The translations under genes and the position numbers were made by a program. Source: Syntrophaceae bacterium UBA6252 (GTDB lineage Bacteria > Desulfobacterota > Syntrophia > Syntrophales > UBA6807). From it: 64,000 nt of DNA. Shown here in pieces: positions 47,161 to 56,350 of this stretch. Under the pieces are notes generated by a model. It was given only the letters and a program-made list of their open reading frames with translations, was not told where the DNA came from and ran no database searches. Every line of letters starts with the position of its first letter. The stretch's first letter is position 1. The stretch is from NCBI GenBank assembly GCA_002441265.1, contig DJVQ01000059.1, positions 40,940 to 104,939 on the forward strand. Reading direction: 5' to 3'.

Positions 47161-47824
47161 TGGAAAGGCCTTTTCGGTCAAACGGTTCGCCGTCCGTTTC
47201 CTTGCGGCCTTCGCCCTGCTGCTCGCCGTCTTCTATGCGGCGGGGCCGCTCTTCGCGCGCCTTCTCCTTCCGGTCATGGAGGCGGAGATGCGTCTGCTGC
47301 GGCCCGCGTACCGGATCGATCTGACCCTCGCAGGGCGGGACCGGATCGAATACGGGATCGACGTCCCGTTCCCCTGGACCAACCCGTCGGGAAAACGGCT
47401 GGACGGCGTCACGAAGGAAGGACGTCTCCCGGCGAGCAACGTGTCCATCCACCCCATCCTGGTCCTGTCCGTCCTTTTCGCCTGGCCGGCGGCGTCGTGG
47501 AGGAAGACGGGGGCCCTCATCGTCCTGTCCCTTCCCGCTCTCTTTCTGGTCGAACTGCTCGACCTTCCCTTTCACATTTTATGGAAGGCGGAATCGGGAA
47601 TCCCCCTGGAGACCTTTTCAGCGGGAATGATCCGGTTCTGGGGACACGTCCTCAACAACGGCGGAAAACAGTTTCTTTCACTGATGGCCGTCTTTTTCTC
47701 CCTGGGAGCGTTCATGCTGCTCGAAAGGAGGAAAAGGACGGCGGCGCCGGGCGCGCGGGTGGGGAGAAACGACCCGTGTCCCTGCGGAAGCGGCAAGAAG
47801 TTCAAGAACTGCTGCAAGGAGTGA
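47153..47824 (+). CDS. polytopic membrane protein with C-terminal SEC-C zinc-binding motif
   Basis: The ATG at 47153 (or GTG 47144) overlaps the upstream stop. There are about 4 TM helices. The C-terminus NDPCPCGSGKKFKNCCKE matches the SecA C-terminal SEC-C motif. Confidence 0.6.
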   Translation: MADGKAFSVKRFAVRFLAAFALLLAVFYAAGPLFARLLLPVMEAEMRLLRPAYRIDLTLAGRDRIEYGIDVPFPWTNPSGKRLDGVTKEGRLPASNVSIHPILVLSVLFAWPAASWRKTGALIVLSLPALFLVELLDLPFHILWKAESGIPLETFSAGMIRFWGHVLNNGGKQFLSLMAVFFSLGAFMLLERRKRTAAPGARVGRNDPCPCGSGKKFKNCCKE

Positions 47825-47828
47825 AGCC

Positions 47829-48455
47829 ATGTCCGCTCTTGTCGTTCTCGCGATTCTCTTTGCCGTTTTTTCCCTTCTTTCCCTGGTCTCCCTGGCCGTC
47901 GCGATCCGGCGGGGAAGGTGGCTCAGGGGCGCGGGAAAGACGATCCAACTCCTTCTCCTCCTTTCCCTGGCCGCTTTCTTCGGAACGGCGGCCCTCGGCA
48001 TCCGGGGATACGAGGCGTTGACCCGGGAGGACCGGGTCGCCCGGATCGCCGTCCACCCGGCGGGGCCCCAGCGGTTTTCCGTTTCCTTCGAATTTTCCGA
48101 CGGAAGGCATAAGGTCTTCAGCCTTGCCGGCGACGAGCTGTACGTGGACGCCCACGTTCTGAAGTGGACGGCGCCGGGGAACCTCATCGGCCTGCACACC
48201 CTGTACGAGCTGGATCGGGTTGCCGGGAGATACCGGGACATCGAGAAGGAGAAAACGGAACCCCGGACGATCCACGGCCTTTCCGAAAGAACCGGTCCGG
48301 ATCTGTTCGATCTGCGCCTCCGTTATCCTGTTCTCCGCTGGTTTGTCGACGCGCGGTACGGTTCGGCCACCTTCGTCCCCGCGGGAAAGGAGGAGCGGCT
48401 TGTCCTGTGGATTTCCACGACCGGTCTCCTGATCCGGGAGGAAGGGGAGCGCTGA
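47829..48455 (+). CDS. hypothetical membrane protein (two N-terminal TM helices + soluble domain)
   Basis: It starts 4 nt after the upstream stop. I recognise no family. Confidence 0.5.
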   Translation: MSALVVLAILFAVFSLLSLVSLAVAIRRGRWLRGAGKTIQLLLLLSLAAFFGTAALGIRGYEALTREDRVARIAVHPAGPQRFSVSFEFSDGRHKVFSLAGDELYVDAHVLKWTAPGNLIGLHTLYELDRVAGRYRDIEKEKTEPRTIHGLSERTGPDLFDLRLRYPVLRWFVDARYGSATFVPAGKEERLVLWISTTGLLIREEGER

Positions 48456-48480
48456 CCGCCGGAAGGGCCCGCCCCGCCGG

Positions 48481-49605
48481 CTACGACCGTTCCTCCGGTG
48501 AATCCGTCGCCGGCGCTTCGCCGGGGTTCCCGCCCCCCGCCATCAGGGGGGACCGATAGAGTTTCTCGCGGGTGACTTCCTCTGAGGGCTGGAACGCCCT
48601 GGAGGGGGGGGTGAACTGCTCCCTCGTGTTCAGGAAATCCTTGATGTACCGTTCCCGGGTGAACATCCCGTCGGCCTTCCCCATCTGAATCGTGCTTTCC
48701 AGCTGGAACAGCTTGTTGTCCCGGATGATCCCCTTGACGGGCTGGGTGTTTCTCAAGATGGAGAGCACGGGAAGCCGGTAGCCGAGCTTTTCCTGGAAGA
48801 CGAGATTCTGGACGATGAGCCATTGCAGGGTGGAAGCGAGCTGGGAGCGCACCTCCTCCTGGGCCTCCAGCGGGAAGGCGTTGCACAGGCGGTAGACGGC
48901 GTCTTCGGGATTGGTCGCGTGCAGGGTGGCGATGACCAGGTTCCCGGCCTCGGCGGCGTTCAGGGTCAGCCGCATGGTCGCCCGTTCCCGGAGTTCTCCC
49001 ACGACGATGACGTCGGGGTCCTCCCGGAGGGCGTCAAGAAGCCCCTGCTCGAACGAGATCACGTGGGTGCCCAGTTCCCGCTGTTCCACGAAGGCGCATT
49101 TGGACTGGAAGCGGAATTCGATGGGGTCCTCCAGGGTGATGATGTGGTCCGTCCGGGTCTGGTTGATCCGTTCCACGAGGGCCGCGATGGTCGTCGTTTT
49201 TCCCGTACCCGTCGCCCCGCAGATGAGGACGAGGCCGGACCGGAGCTCGCAGATTTTCTCGAGGGAGGGGTGGAGGTTGAGATCCTCGAAGGAGGGCGCC
49301 GTCCCGGGAAGAAGGCGGACGGCGATGCTGAGGCCCCTCATGGAATTGAAGACGTTGATCCGGAGCCTCGTGCTGTGAACCGTGGCGGCGAAATCCAGGG
49401 ACTGCCTCGACCGCAGCATTCGAAGCTGGTTGTCGTCGAGAAGGCCCCCCACCAGGCGGTCCACCTCCTCGTGGGTCCAGGTCTCGTCTTCGTCCTTCCG
49501 GATCCTTCCATGGTGGCGGAGCACCGTGGCATGCCCGCCGGCGATGTGGATGTCGGAGACTTCCGATTGAACGGCCGTGCTGATGAGCTTTTCGAATTTT
49601 TTCAT
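48481..49605 (-). CDS. PilT-family type IV pilus retraction-like ATPase (orphan)
   Basis: The start is at MKKFEKL (ATG 49605). It has Walker A GATGTGKTTT, Asp/His boxes (ITLEDPIEF, ATLHA) and a non-conserved-looking C-terminal tail. Confidence 0.85.
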   Translation of the reverse strand: MKKFEKLISTAVQSEVSDIHIAGGHATVLRHHGRIRKDEDETWTHEEVDRLVGGLLDDNQLRMLRSRQSLDFAATVHSTRLRINVFNSMRGLSIAVRLLPGTAPSFEDLNLHPSLEKICELRSGLVLICGATGTGKTTTIAALVERINQTRTDHIITLEDPIEFRFQSKCAFVEQRELGTHVISFEQGLLDALREDPDVIVVGELRERATMRLTLNAAEAGNLVIATLHATNPEDAVYRLCNAFPLEAQEEVRSQLASTLQWLIVQNLVFQEKLGYRLPVLSILRNTQPVKGIIRDNKLFQLESTIQMGKADGMFTRERYIKDFLNTREQFTPPSRAFQPSEEVTREKLYRSPLMAGGGNPGEAPATDSPEERS

Positions 49606-49754
49606 GATCCTCCGCCGCTGGCGTTCGTCCTTTCCTTCACCCGAAGGGAAATTACTGCTTGCGTAACACACAAGTCAGGGTACAATCAATTTCATTTTCC
49701 GGGGCGCGGCGTGCGCCCGGGGTAAGCCCATCCTCACAGACAAGGGGAGGTGAC

Positions 49755-50984
49755 ATGGAATCTTCCGTCCTGTACTTCGCCGCCGGGATCGTGGTCGGGG
49801 CGACGGCCGCCCTGGCCATCGCCTCCGCCCGCTGGCGGGCCATGGAGGAGACGGTTCGGGGCATCCTCGATGAAACGGAACGGCAGGGGGCGGAGGAACG
49901 GGACCGCCTCAGCGGCCAGATGCGGGATGCCTTCAGCGCCCTTTCCCGGGAGGCCCTTTCGAGGAACTCCGGGGATTTTCTCGGAATCGCCGGAGAGACC
50001 CTGTCCAGGCAGGCGGAACGGGGCACGAGGGAACTGGAAGGCAAGAAGGAACTGATCGACCAGGCGCTCCGGCAGATGCGGGACGACCTCCTCCGGGTCC
50101 GGGAACTGATCTCGACCCTTGAAAAGGACAGGGAGCAGAAGTTCGGGGAGCTGAGCGTCCAGGTGCAGCACACGGCGGAGCAGGCGAGGCTTCTCCAGGA
50201 AACGGCCGAGGGGCTCCGGGCTGCGCTCACGAACACGACGGCCCGGGGCCAGTGGGGGGAGCGCATGGCCGAGGACGTCCTTCGGGTTTCCGGCCTCGTC
50301 GAGGGGGTGAACTACATGAAACAGAAAACCCAGGACGCCACGGGGCGGCGGCCCGATTACACGTTTTTCCTCCCCGGGGACCGGAAGGTGCACATGGACG
50401 TCAAGTTTCCCCTGGACAACTACATGCGGTTCATGGACGCGGAAGGGGAGGGCGACCGGGAGCGGTTCCGTACCCAGTTCCTCAGGGATGTCCGCCTGCG
50501 GATCCGGGATGCGGCGGCCCGGGACTACATCCACCCGGAGGAGGGGGCCGTGGACTACCTGATCGTCTTCATCCCCAACGAGCGGGTGTACGCCTTCATC
50601 CATGAGAACGACAGGTCCGCCATGGACGAGGCCCTTCGCCAGCGGGTCGTCCTATGCTCCCCCTTCACGCTGTATGCCGTTCTGTCGGTGATCCGCCAGG
50701 CCGTGGAGAATTTCACCCTGGAAAAGACGGCGACGGAGATCCTCACGGCGTTTTCCCTGTTTTACCGGCAGTGGAAGGGTTTCGCGGGAACGATGGAACG
50801 GATGGGAAAAAAGATCGAGGAGGTCCGCGGCGAGTACGAGTCGCTCGTCACCTCGAGGAAGACCCGGCTGGACCGCTCCCTGCTCCGGATCGAGGAACTG
50901 AGAAGGGAAAAGGGCGTGCCCGCCGGGGAGCCGGAAGAGGATACCATTCCGGAAGGACCGGAGGCAAGGGAAGACGAAAGCTAA
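49755..50984 (+). CDS. rmuC: DNA recombination protein RmuC
   Basis: The start is at MESSVLY (GGGGAGGTG SD). It has an N-terminal TM helix, a long coiled coil and the RmuC nuclease-like C-domain (PDYTFFLPGDRKVHMDVKFP). Confidence 0.85.
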   Translation: MESSVLYFAAGIVVGATAALAIASARWRAMEETVRGILDETERQGAEERDRLSGQMRDAFSALSREALSRNSGDFLGIAGETLSRQAERGTRELEGKKELIDQALRQMRDDLLRVRELISTLEKDREQKFGELSVQVQHTAEQARLLQETAEGLRAALTNTTARGQWGERMAEDVLRVSGLVEGVNYMKQKTQDATGRRPDYTFFLPGDRKVHMDVKFPLDNYMRFMDAEGEGDRERFRTQFLRDVRLRIRDAAARDYIHPEEGAVDYLIVFIPNERVYAFIHENDRSAMDEALRQRVVLCSPFTLYAVLSVIRQAVENFTLEKTATEILTAFSLFYRQWKGFAGTMERMGKKIEEVRGEYESLVTSRKTRLDRSLLRIEELRREKGVPAGEPEEDTIPEGPEAREDES

Positions 50985-51037
50985 ACCGTTACTTTAAATA
51001 ACGTATCGGATCTATCTGTAATAAGATGTAATATCGG

Positions 51038-51466
51038 TTATATATGATATAAGTCGTCGCCCAGAATCCTGATCCAGTTGTCCTCGAAAATCCGGATGGC
51101 CTTCTCGATCGGCCGAAGTCCCACGATGAGGACGGCGATGCTTCCCGTGGCGATGCAGGGATACATGAAATCCACGTTGATGTCGGCCTTCTTCAGCGGT
51201 TTCAGGATGGCGTTCAGTCCGCCCGGATGGTGGGGGATCTCGCAGGCGACGACCTCGGTCACGTCGAAACGGTAGCCGGCGGTGCCGAGCACGTTGATGG
51301 CCTTGTCGGGATCGTTGGCGATGAAGTGAAAGTTGAACTCCTGTTCCTGGGCCGTGGCGTAGCAGGCGATGACGTTGATCCTGTATTCACTCATGAGATC
51401 GCTGACCCGGGAGAGGGATCCGGGGATGTTTTCCACGGAGAGATCGATCTGTTTTACCGTTTTCAT
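51038..51466 (-). CDS. tandem ACT domain protein
   Basis: 142 aa with two ACT-like repeats (ENIPGSLSRV.., IPHHPGGLNAIL..). Its start overlaps the upstream OFOR gamma stop. Confidence 0.7.
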   Translation of the reverse strand: MKTVKQIDLSVENIPGSLSRVSDLMSEYRINVIACYATAQEQEFNFHFIANDPDKAINVLGTAGYRFDVTEVVACEIPHHPGGLNAILKPLKKADINVDFMYPCIATGSIAVLIVGLRPIEKAIRIFEDNWIRILGDDLYHI

Positions 51467-52011
51467 GAACGTACCCCTTGTTTGGCATATTCGAAGCCCA
51501 CGTCGAGACTTGCCCTGTTGAGCTTCATGAGGGCGGCCTTTTTTCCCTTGGTGATTTCCGCCAGCGCGGCCATGATGGACTCGAGGGAGGTCATCCCCGT
51601 GATGACCGAGAAGGCGCCGAGCATGATCATGTTCAGCGTCTGGTCGCTTCCCGCCTTCTTGGCGAGTTCGTTGGCCGGGATCCGGAAGACCTCGATGTCC
51701 TTCCGGGAGGGGTCCATGTCGACGAGACTGGAATTCAGGAGGATCTTTCCGCCGGGCTTGATGGCGCTCTCGTAGCGGATCATGGACGGCCGGTTCATGA
51801 TGACCCCGAAGTCCGGAGAGGAGGCGACGGGGGAAAAAATCTCCTCGTCCGACACGGCCACGGTGCAGTTGGCCGTTCCTCCCCGCATCTCAGCTCCGTA
51901 GGATGGAAGGTAGGTCACGTGCTTGCCGTCCATCATGGCGGCAACCGCGAAGGCGTACCCCATCATGAGAACGCCCTGGCCTCCGAAACCGGCGAATATC
52001 GTTTTCTTCAT
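51463..52011 (-). CDS. 2-oxoacid:ferredoxin oxidoreductase gamma subunit
   Basis: It has the GFGGQGVLMMG motif and sits within the delta-alpha-beta-gamma operon. Confidence 0.85.
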   Translation of the reverse strand: MKKTIFAGFGGQGVLMMGYAFAVAAMMDGKHVTYLPSYGAEMRGGTANCTVAVSDEEIFSPVASSPDFGVIMNRPSMIRYESAIKPGGKILLNSSLVDMDPSRKDIEVFRIPANELAKKAGSDQTLNMIMLGAFSVITGMTSLESIMAALAEITKGKKAALMKLNRASLDVGFEYAKQGVRS

Positions 52012-52023
52012 GGAAGATTCCTG

Positions 52024-52791
52024 TCAGTTCCCGTCCTGTCCGGGCGTTCCCGTCAGGTCCTTGATCACCTTCAGGGGATAGGTCTTCGTCATCGTCTCCT
52101 CGGCCCATCGGGCCGCTTCCACGGGGCTCAGCTTCCAGTTCGTCGGGCAGGGGGAAAGAACTTCCACGAGGGAAAATCCGAGACCGTCGATCTGGGTCCT
52201 GAAGGCTTTGGTGATGGCCCGCTTCGTCCGGAGAATGTTTTTCGGCGACGTGACGGACGTCCTCTCGATGTACACGGTCCCTTTGGCCACGGCGAGCATT
52301 TCGCTCAGGTCCACCGGGTAGCCGTCCCGCAGGGGAACGCGCCCTCCCGGGGTCGTCGTCGAAAGCTGGCCCGTGACCGTCGTCGGCGCCATCTGCCCGC
52401 CGGTCATGCCGTAGCACCCGTTGTTGACGAAGATGACGGTGATCCGCTCCCCCCGGTTCGCGGCGTGGATCGTTTCGGCCGTCCCGATGGCGGCGATGTC
52501 GCCGTCACCCTGGTAGGAAAAGACGATCCGGTCCGGAAGGACCCGCTTGATTCCCGTGGCCAGCGCCGCGCCCCGGCCGTGAGGCGCCTCTCCCATGTCC
52601 ACGTCGATGTAATCGTAAGCCAGCACAGCGCATCCCGCCGGGGGAACGCCGATGGTCCTCTCCCCGATCCCCAGCTCCTCGATGACCTCCGCCACGAGAC
52701 GGTGAAGAATGCTGTGGCCGCAGCCCGGACAGTAATGGGTGGACGCCTTTTTCAGGTAGCGGGGTCTCTCGAACACCTTCTTTTCCATCAC
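52024..52791 (-). CDS. 2-oxoacid:ferredoxin oxidoreductase beta subunit (TPP-binding)
   Basis: It has YCPGCGHSI and GDGD...NN (the TPP motif). Confidence 0.9.
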   Translation of the reverse strand: MMEKKVFERPRYLKKASTHYCPGCGHSILHRLVAEVIEELGIGERTIGVPPAGCAVLAYDYIDVDMGEAPHGRGAALATGIKRVLPDRIVFSYQGDGDIAAIGTAETIHAANRGERITVIFVNNGCYGMTGGQMAPTTVTGQLSTTTPGGRVPLRDGYPVDLSEMLAVAKGTVYIERTSVTSPKNILRTKRAITKAFRTQIDGLGFSLVEVLSPCPTNWKLSPVEAARWAEETMTKTYPLKVIKDLTGTPGQDGN

Positions 52792-53870
52792 GACTCCTCT
52801 TCCAGGCGCTGGCGGTGATAGAGACTGTTGACGACCTTGGCGATTTCATCAGGCGTGGCGACGCTTCCGCCGGGACGGCCGTAGAAGTGGACGTTGCCCC
52901 GTCCCTCCAGGGACAGCTTCACGTCTTCCACCATCTGGCCGGTGTTCATCTCGAAAACGAGGTACTCCCGGACGGACCGGCTCAACTCGCAAAGGGCTCT
53001 CTTCGGGTAAGGCCACAGGGTGATCGGCCGGAAAAGGCCCACCTTGAGGCCGATTTCCCGGACGCGCTTGATGGCGCCCTTGGCGATCCTCGCCGCCGTG
53101 CCGCAGGCGACCACCACCAGCCGGGCGTCCTCCGTGAGATAGGATTCCGCCCGGGGGATTTCCCGGGTGATGTTGTCGTACTTCCGGGCGAGTTTCCAGT
53201 TCCGTTCCTCTTCCTGGGCGATATCCAGGAGAAGGGACCGGATGTAGCGGCTCGGTCTTCCGGCGGCCCCGCTCAGTCTCCAGGGCTTCGGCGGGAGTTC
53301 GGCCGGGTCCACGGCCTTGTGAAGCACCACGGGCTCCATCATCTGGCCCATCATTCCGTCGGCGAGGATGACCACCGGGGTCCGGTAGCGGTCGGCGTAG
53401 TCGAACGCCTTTCCGGTGAGATCCGCCAGTTCCTGCCCGCCCCCCGGTGCGAGGACGATGGTCCGGTAGTCCCCGTGGCCGCCGCCCCGGGTCGCCTGGA
53501 AGTAATCCCCCTGGGAGGGGGCGATGTTTCCCATGCCCGGACCGCCCCGCATGGTGTTGACGATGACCGCAGGCAGTTCCTGGGCCGCGAGAAAGGAAAT
53601 CCCCTCCTGTTTGAGGCTGATTCCGGGACTCGAGGAACTCGTCATGGCCCGGGCGCCGGCCATGGAGGCCCCGATGACCATGTTGATGGCCGCGATTTCG
53701 CTCTCCGCCTGGATGAAGGTTCCGTCTTCCAGACCGGCCATGGCGGAGGCCATGTATTCCGTAAATTCGTTCTGCGGCGTGATGGGATATCCCGCGTAGA
53801 AACGGCAGCCCGCCCGGATCGCCGATTCGGCGATCACGTGGCTTCCCCGCATCAGGACCTTTTCATTCAC
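52788..53870 (-). CDS. 2-oxoacid:ferredoxin oxidoreductase alpha subunit
   Basis: It has LMRGSHVIAESAIRAGC and YPITPQNE. The start is ambiguous among GTG 53870, ATG 53852 and the track start ATG 53909. Confidence 0.85.
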   Translation of the reverse strand: MNEKVLMRGSHVIAESAIRAGCRFYAGYPITPQNEFTEYMASAMAGLEDGTFIQAESEIAAINMVIGASMAGARAMTSSSSPGISLKQEGISFLAAQELPAVIVNTMRGGPGMGNIAPSQGDYFQATRGGGHGDYRTIVLAPGGGQELADLTGKAFDYADRYRTPVVILADGMMGQMMEPVVLHKAVDPAELPPKPWRLSGAAGRPSRYIRSLLLDIAQEEERNWKLARKYDNITREIPRAESYLTEDARLVVVACGTAARIAKGAIKRVREIGLKVGLFRPITLWPYPKRALCELSRSVREYLVFEMNTGQMVEDVKLSLEGRGNVHFYGRPGGSVATPDEIAKVVNSLYHRQRLEEES

Positions 53871-54105
53871 GATAGACCTCGATGGCGACATCGGGGCAGA
53901 CGATGGCACAGGTCGTGCAACCGGTGCAGCGGCTTTCCTCCCCCTGATTTTTCCCGTCCAGGAATTCGACGGGATAATACCCTTTCTGATTCAGCGTACC
54001 CGAAATGCCGATCGACCCGGTGGGGCACACGGAGATGCACAGATAACAGCCCTTGCAGAACTCCCTGTCGACGGTGATCCTTCCCTTTTTCGCTTTTTTC
54101 GTCAT
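53863..54105 (-). CDS. 2-oxoacid:ferredoxin oxidoreductase delta subunit (2x[4Fe-4S] ferredoxin)
   Basis: It has CKGCYLCISVCP and CTGCTTCAIVCP. Confidence 0.8.
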   Translation of the reverse strand: MTKKAKKGRITVDREFCKGCYLCISVCPTGSIGISGTLNQKGYYPVEFLDGKNQGEESRCTGCTTCAIVCPDVAIEVYRE

Positions 54106-54349
54106 GGAAATGCGATCCGCCCTGTTTCCTGGGGTTGATGAGTGGTTCCCGAAAGCGTGGGATTACATAGACGGGACGATCGGTTTTGTCAAGGATTTTT
54201 GACGGCTTTGTCGAAAATTCCCATGCCGCGTCGCTTTTCGTCCCCGGTTCCCGGGGAGGGAAGTTCCCCTTTTTCCGTTTTCAACGGGGAGGTTTGCTGG
54301 TACACTTGGACAGATTCCGGGGACCATAAAAAAAGAAAGGGGGCAATCC

Positions 54350-55999
54350 ATGGCCGTCCATCCGCTTGCGGGAAAACCTGTCCCCCCGTCCATGCTGGCC
54401 GACATTGCGAGACTCGTCACGGCCTATTACACGAAAGGACCGGAACCGGGGAACCGGGAGCAGAAAGTGGCCTTCGGCACCTCCGGCCACCGGGGTTCCT
54501 CCCTGCGGGGCAGTTTCAACGAGGCCCACATCCTCGCCATCACCCAGGCGATCTGCGATTTCCGTCTTTCCCGGGGGATCGCGGGTCCCCTGTTCCTCGG
54601 GATGGACACCCACGCCCTTTCCGAACCGAGCCACGCCACGGCCGTGGAGGTTCTCGCGGCCAACAGGGTGGACGTGTTCCTCCAGGAAGGCCCGGGATAC
54701 ACCCCCACCCCCGTCATCTCCCACGCCATTCTGACCCACAACCGGCGGTCCTCCCACAGGGCCGACGGCATCGTCATCACGCCGTCCCACAACCCGCCCG
54801 AGGACGGCGGGTTCAAGTACAACCCCCCGGAAGGGGGACCCGCCCCCGCGGAGACGACGCGGTGGATCGAGGAGCGGGCGAACGGGTTCCTGGAGGCGGG
54901 AAACGGCGGGGTGAAGCGGATCCCGTATGAAAAGGCCCTCCGGGGGAGCAACGTCCATCGGCACGATTACGTCGGGCCCTACGTGAAGGATCTCGAGAAC
55001 GTTCTCGACATGGAAGCCGTCCGGTCTTCGGGGGTCCGGGTGGCCGCCGATCCCATGGGCGGATCCACCCTTCCGTTCTGGGAGCCCATCGCCGGGACGT
55101 ACGGCCTCGACATCACCGTTGTCAACGATGCCGTCGATCCCACATTCCGCTTCATGACCGTCGACCATGACGGGAAGATCCGGATGGACTGCTCCTCCCC
55201 CTGGGCCATGGCGCGGCTCATCGATCTTGCCGGGAAATACGACATCGCCTTCGGGAACGATCCCGACGGCGACCGGCACGGCATCGTGTGCCGCCACAGC
55301 GGGCTCATGAACCCGAACCACTATCTGGCCGTCGCTATCTGGTACCTGTTCCGGCACCGTCCCCTCTGGGGAAGGGAGGTGGCCGTGGGGAAGACCCTGG
55401 TCAGCAGTTCCATGATCGACCGGGTCGCTTCCCGTCTCGGCCGGAAACTGGTGGAGGTTCCCGTGGGGTTCAAATGGTTCGTGGACGACCTCCTCGCTGG
55501 CCGCTTCGGCTTTTCCGGGGAGGAGAGCGCCGGGGCCTCCTTCCTTCGCAGGGACGGGACGGTCTGGACCACGGACAAGGACGGGATTCTCATGGCGCTC
55601 CTGGCCGCGGAGATTCTCGCCGCCACGGGCCGCGACCCCGGGGAGCACTACGCCGAACTGGTGAAAAACTTCGGAGACCCCCTGTACGAGCGGCAGGACC
55701 GTCCCGCCACGGCCGCGGAACGGGAACTCCTCTCGAGCCTGTCCCCGGGGGACGTCACCGAGGACACCCTCGCCGGGGAACCGATCCTCGCCCGGCTCAC
55801 GAATGCCCCGGGAAACGGCGCCTCCATCGGGGGATTGAAGGTCGTTTCGGAAAACGGCTGGTTCGCCGCCCGCCCGTCGGGAACGGAGGACATCTACAAG
55901 ATCTACGCGGAGAGCTTCCGGGGGGAGGGGCACCTCAGGAACATCCAGGAGGAGGCCGGAAAGATCATCGGGAACGCGCTGCGGAAAGGGGGCTCGTGA
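54350..55999 (+). CDS. pgm: phosphoglucomutase, alpha-D-glucose phosphate-specific
   Basis: 549 aa with the active-site [10 protein letters not shown] and the Mg loop [10 protein letters not shown]. Confidence 0.9.
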   Translation: MAVHPLAGKPVPPSMLADIARLVTAYYTKGPEPGNREQKVAFGTSGHRGSSLRGSFNEAHILAITQAICDFRLSRGIAGPLFLGMDTHALSEPSHATAVEVLAANRVDVFLQEGPGYTPTPVISHAILTHNRRSSHRADGIVITPSHNPPEDGGFKYNPPEGGPAPAETTRWIEERANGFLEAGNGGVKRIPYEKALRGSNVHRHDYVGPYVKDLENVLDMEAVRSSGVRVAADPMGGSTLPFWEPIAGTYGLDITVVNDAVDPTFRFMTVDHDGKIRMDCSSPWAMARLIDLAGKYDIAFGNDPDGDRHGIVCRHSGLMNPNHYLAVAIWYLFRHRPLWGREVAVGKTLVSSSMIDRVASRLGRKLVEVPVGFKWFVDDLLAGRFGFSGEESAGASFLRRDGTVWTTDKDGILMALLAAEILAATGRDPGEHYAELVKNFGDPLYERQDRPATAAERELLSSLSPGDVTEDTLAGEPILARLTNAPGNGASIGGLKVVSENGWFAARPSGTEDIYKIYAESFRGEGHLRNIQEEAGKIIGNALRKGGS

Positions 56000-56191
56000 C
56001 CGGCGCCGCCGATCCCGTCCCCAGCGCCGCGGCGGGGTGCCGGGAGGCGGCCGGACGGTGAAGACGAGGGGCCGGGCTTTTTCGCGAAGTCCCTGCCGGC
56101 CCTTGACGGAAGCCGGGGACCTGTGATAGGAAGCACCTCTCGCAGTCGGAAAATCCCTTCTTTTACGGGGGGATGGTCCGAAAGCGTCCAT

Positions 56192-56268
56192 GGTGGGTGT
56201 AGCTCAATGGTTAGAGTGCCGGGTTGTGGCCCCGGAGGCTGAGGGTTCGAGCCCCTTCACTCACCCCA
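56192..56268 (+). tRNA. tRNA-His (GTG)
   Basis: A manual fold gives an encoded G-1 pairing with C73, acceptor GTGGGTG/CACTCAC, anticodon loop TTGTGGC, T-loop TTCGAGC and an encoded CCA. Confidence 0.9.
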
Positions 56269-56350
56269 GGATTCAACCGAGGGGTTGGCCGGTACCGGCC
56301 AACCCCTCGTTCATTCAAGGCGAAAAAACGGAGGGAAACCGGGGGGGACA

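Noticed and set aside
50985-51037. An AT-rich 53-bp convergent spacer between rmuC and the ACT gene, with a small CGTTA..TAACG inverted repeat, considered as a bidirectional terminator.
   Set aside because: The stem is only 5 bp and no adjacent T-run lies on either strand in the correct position, so the evidence is too weak to annotate.
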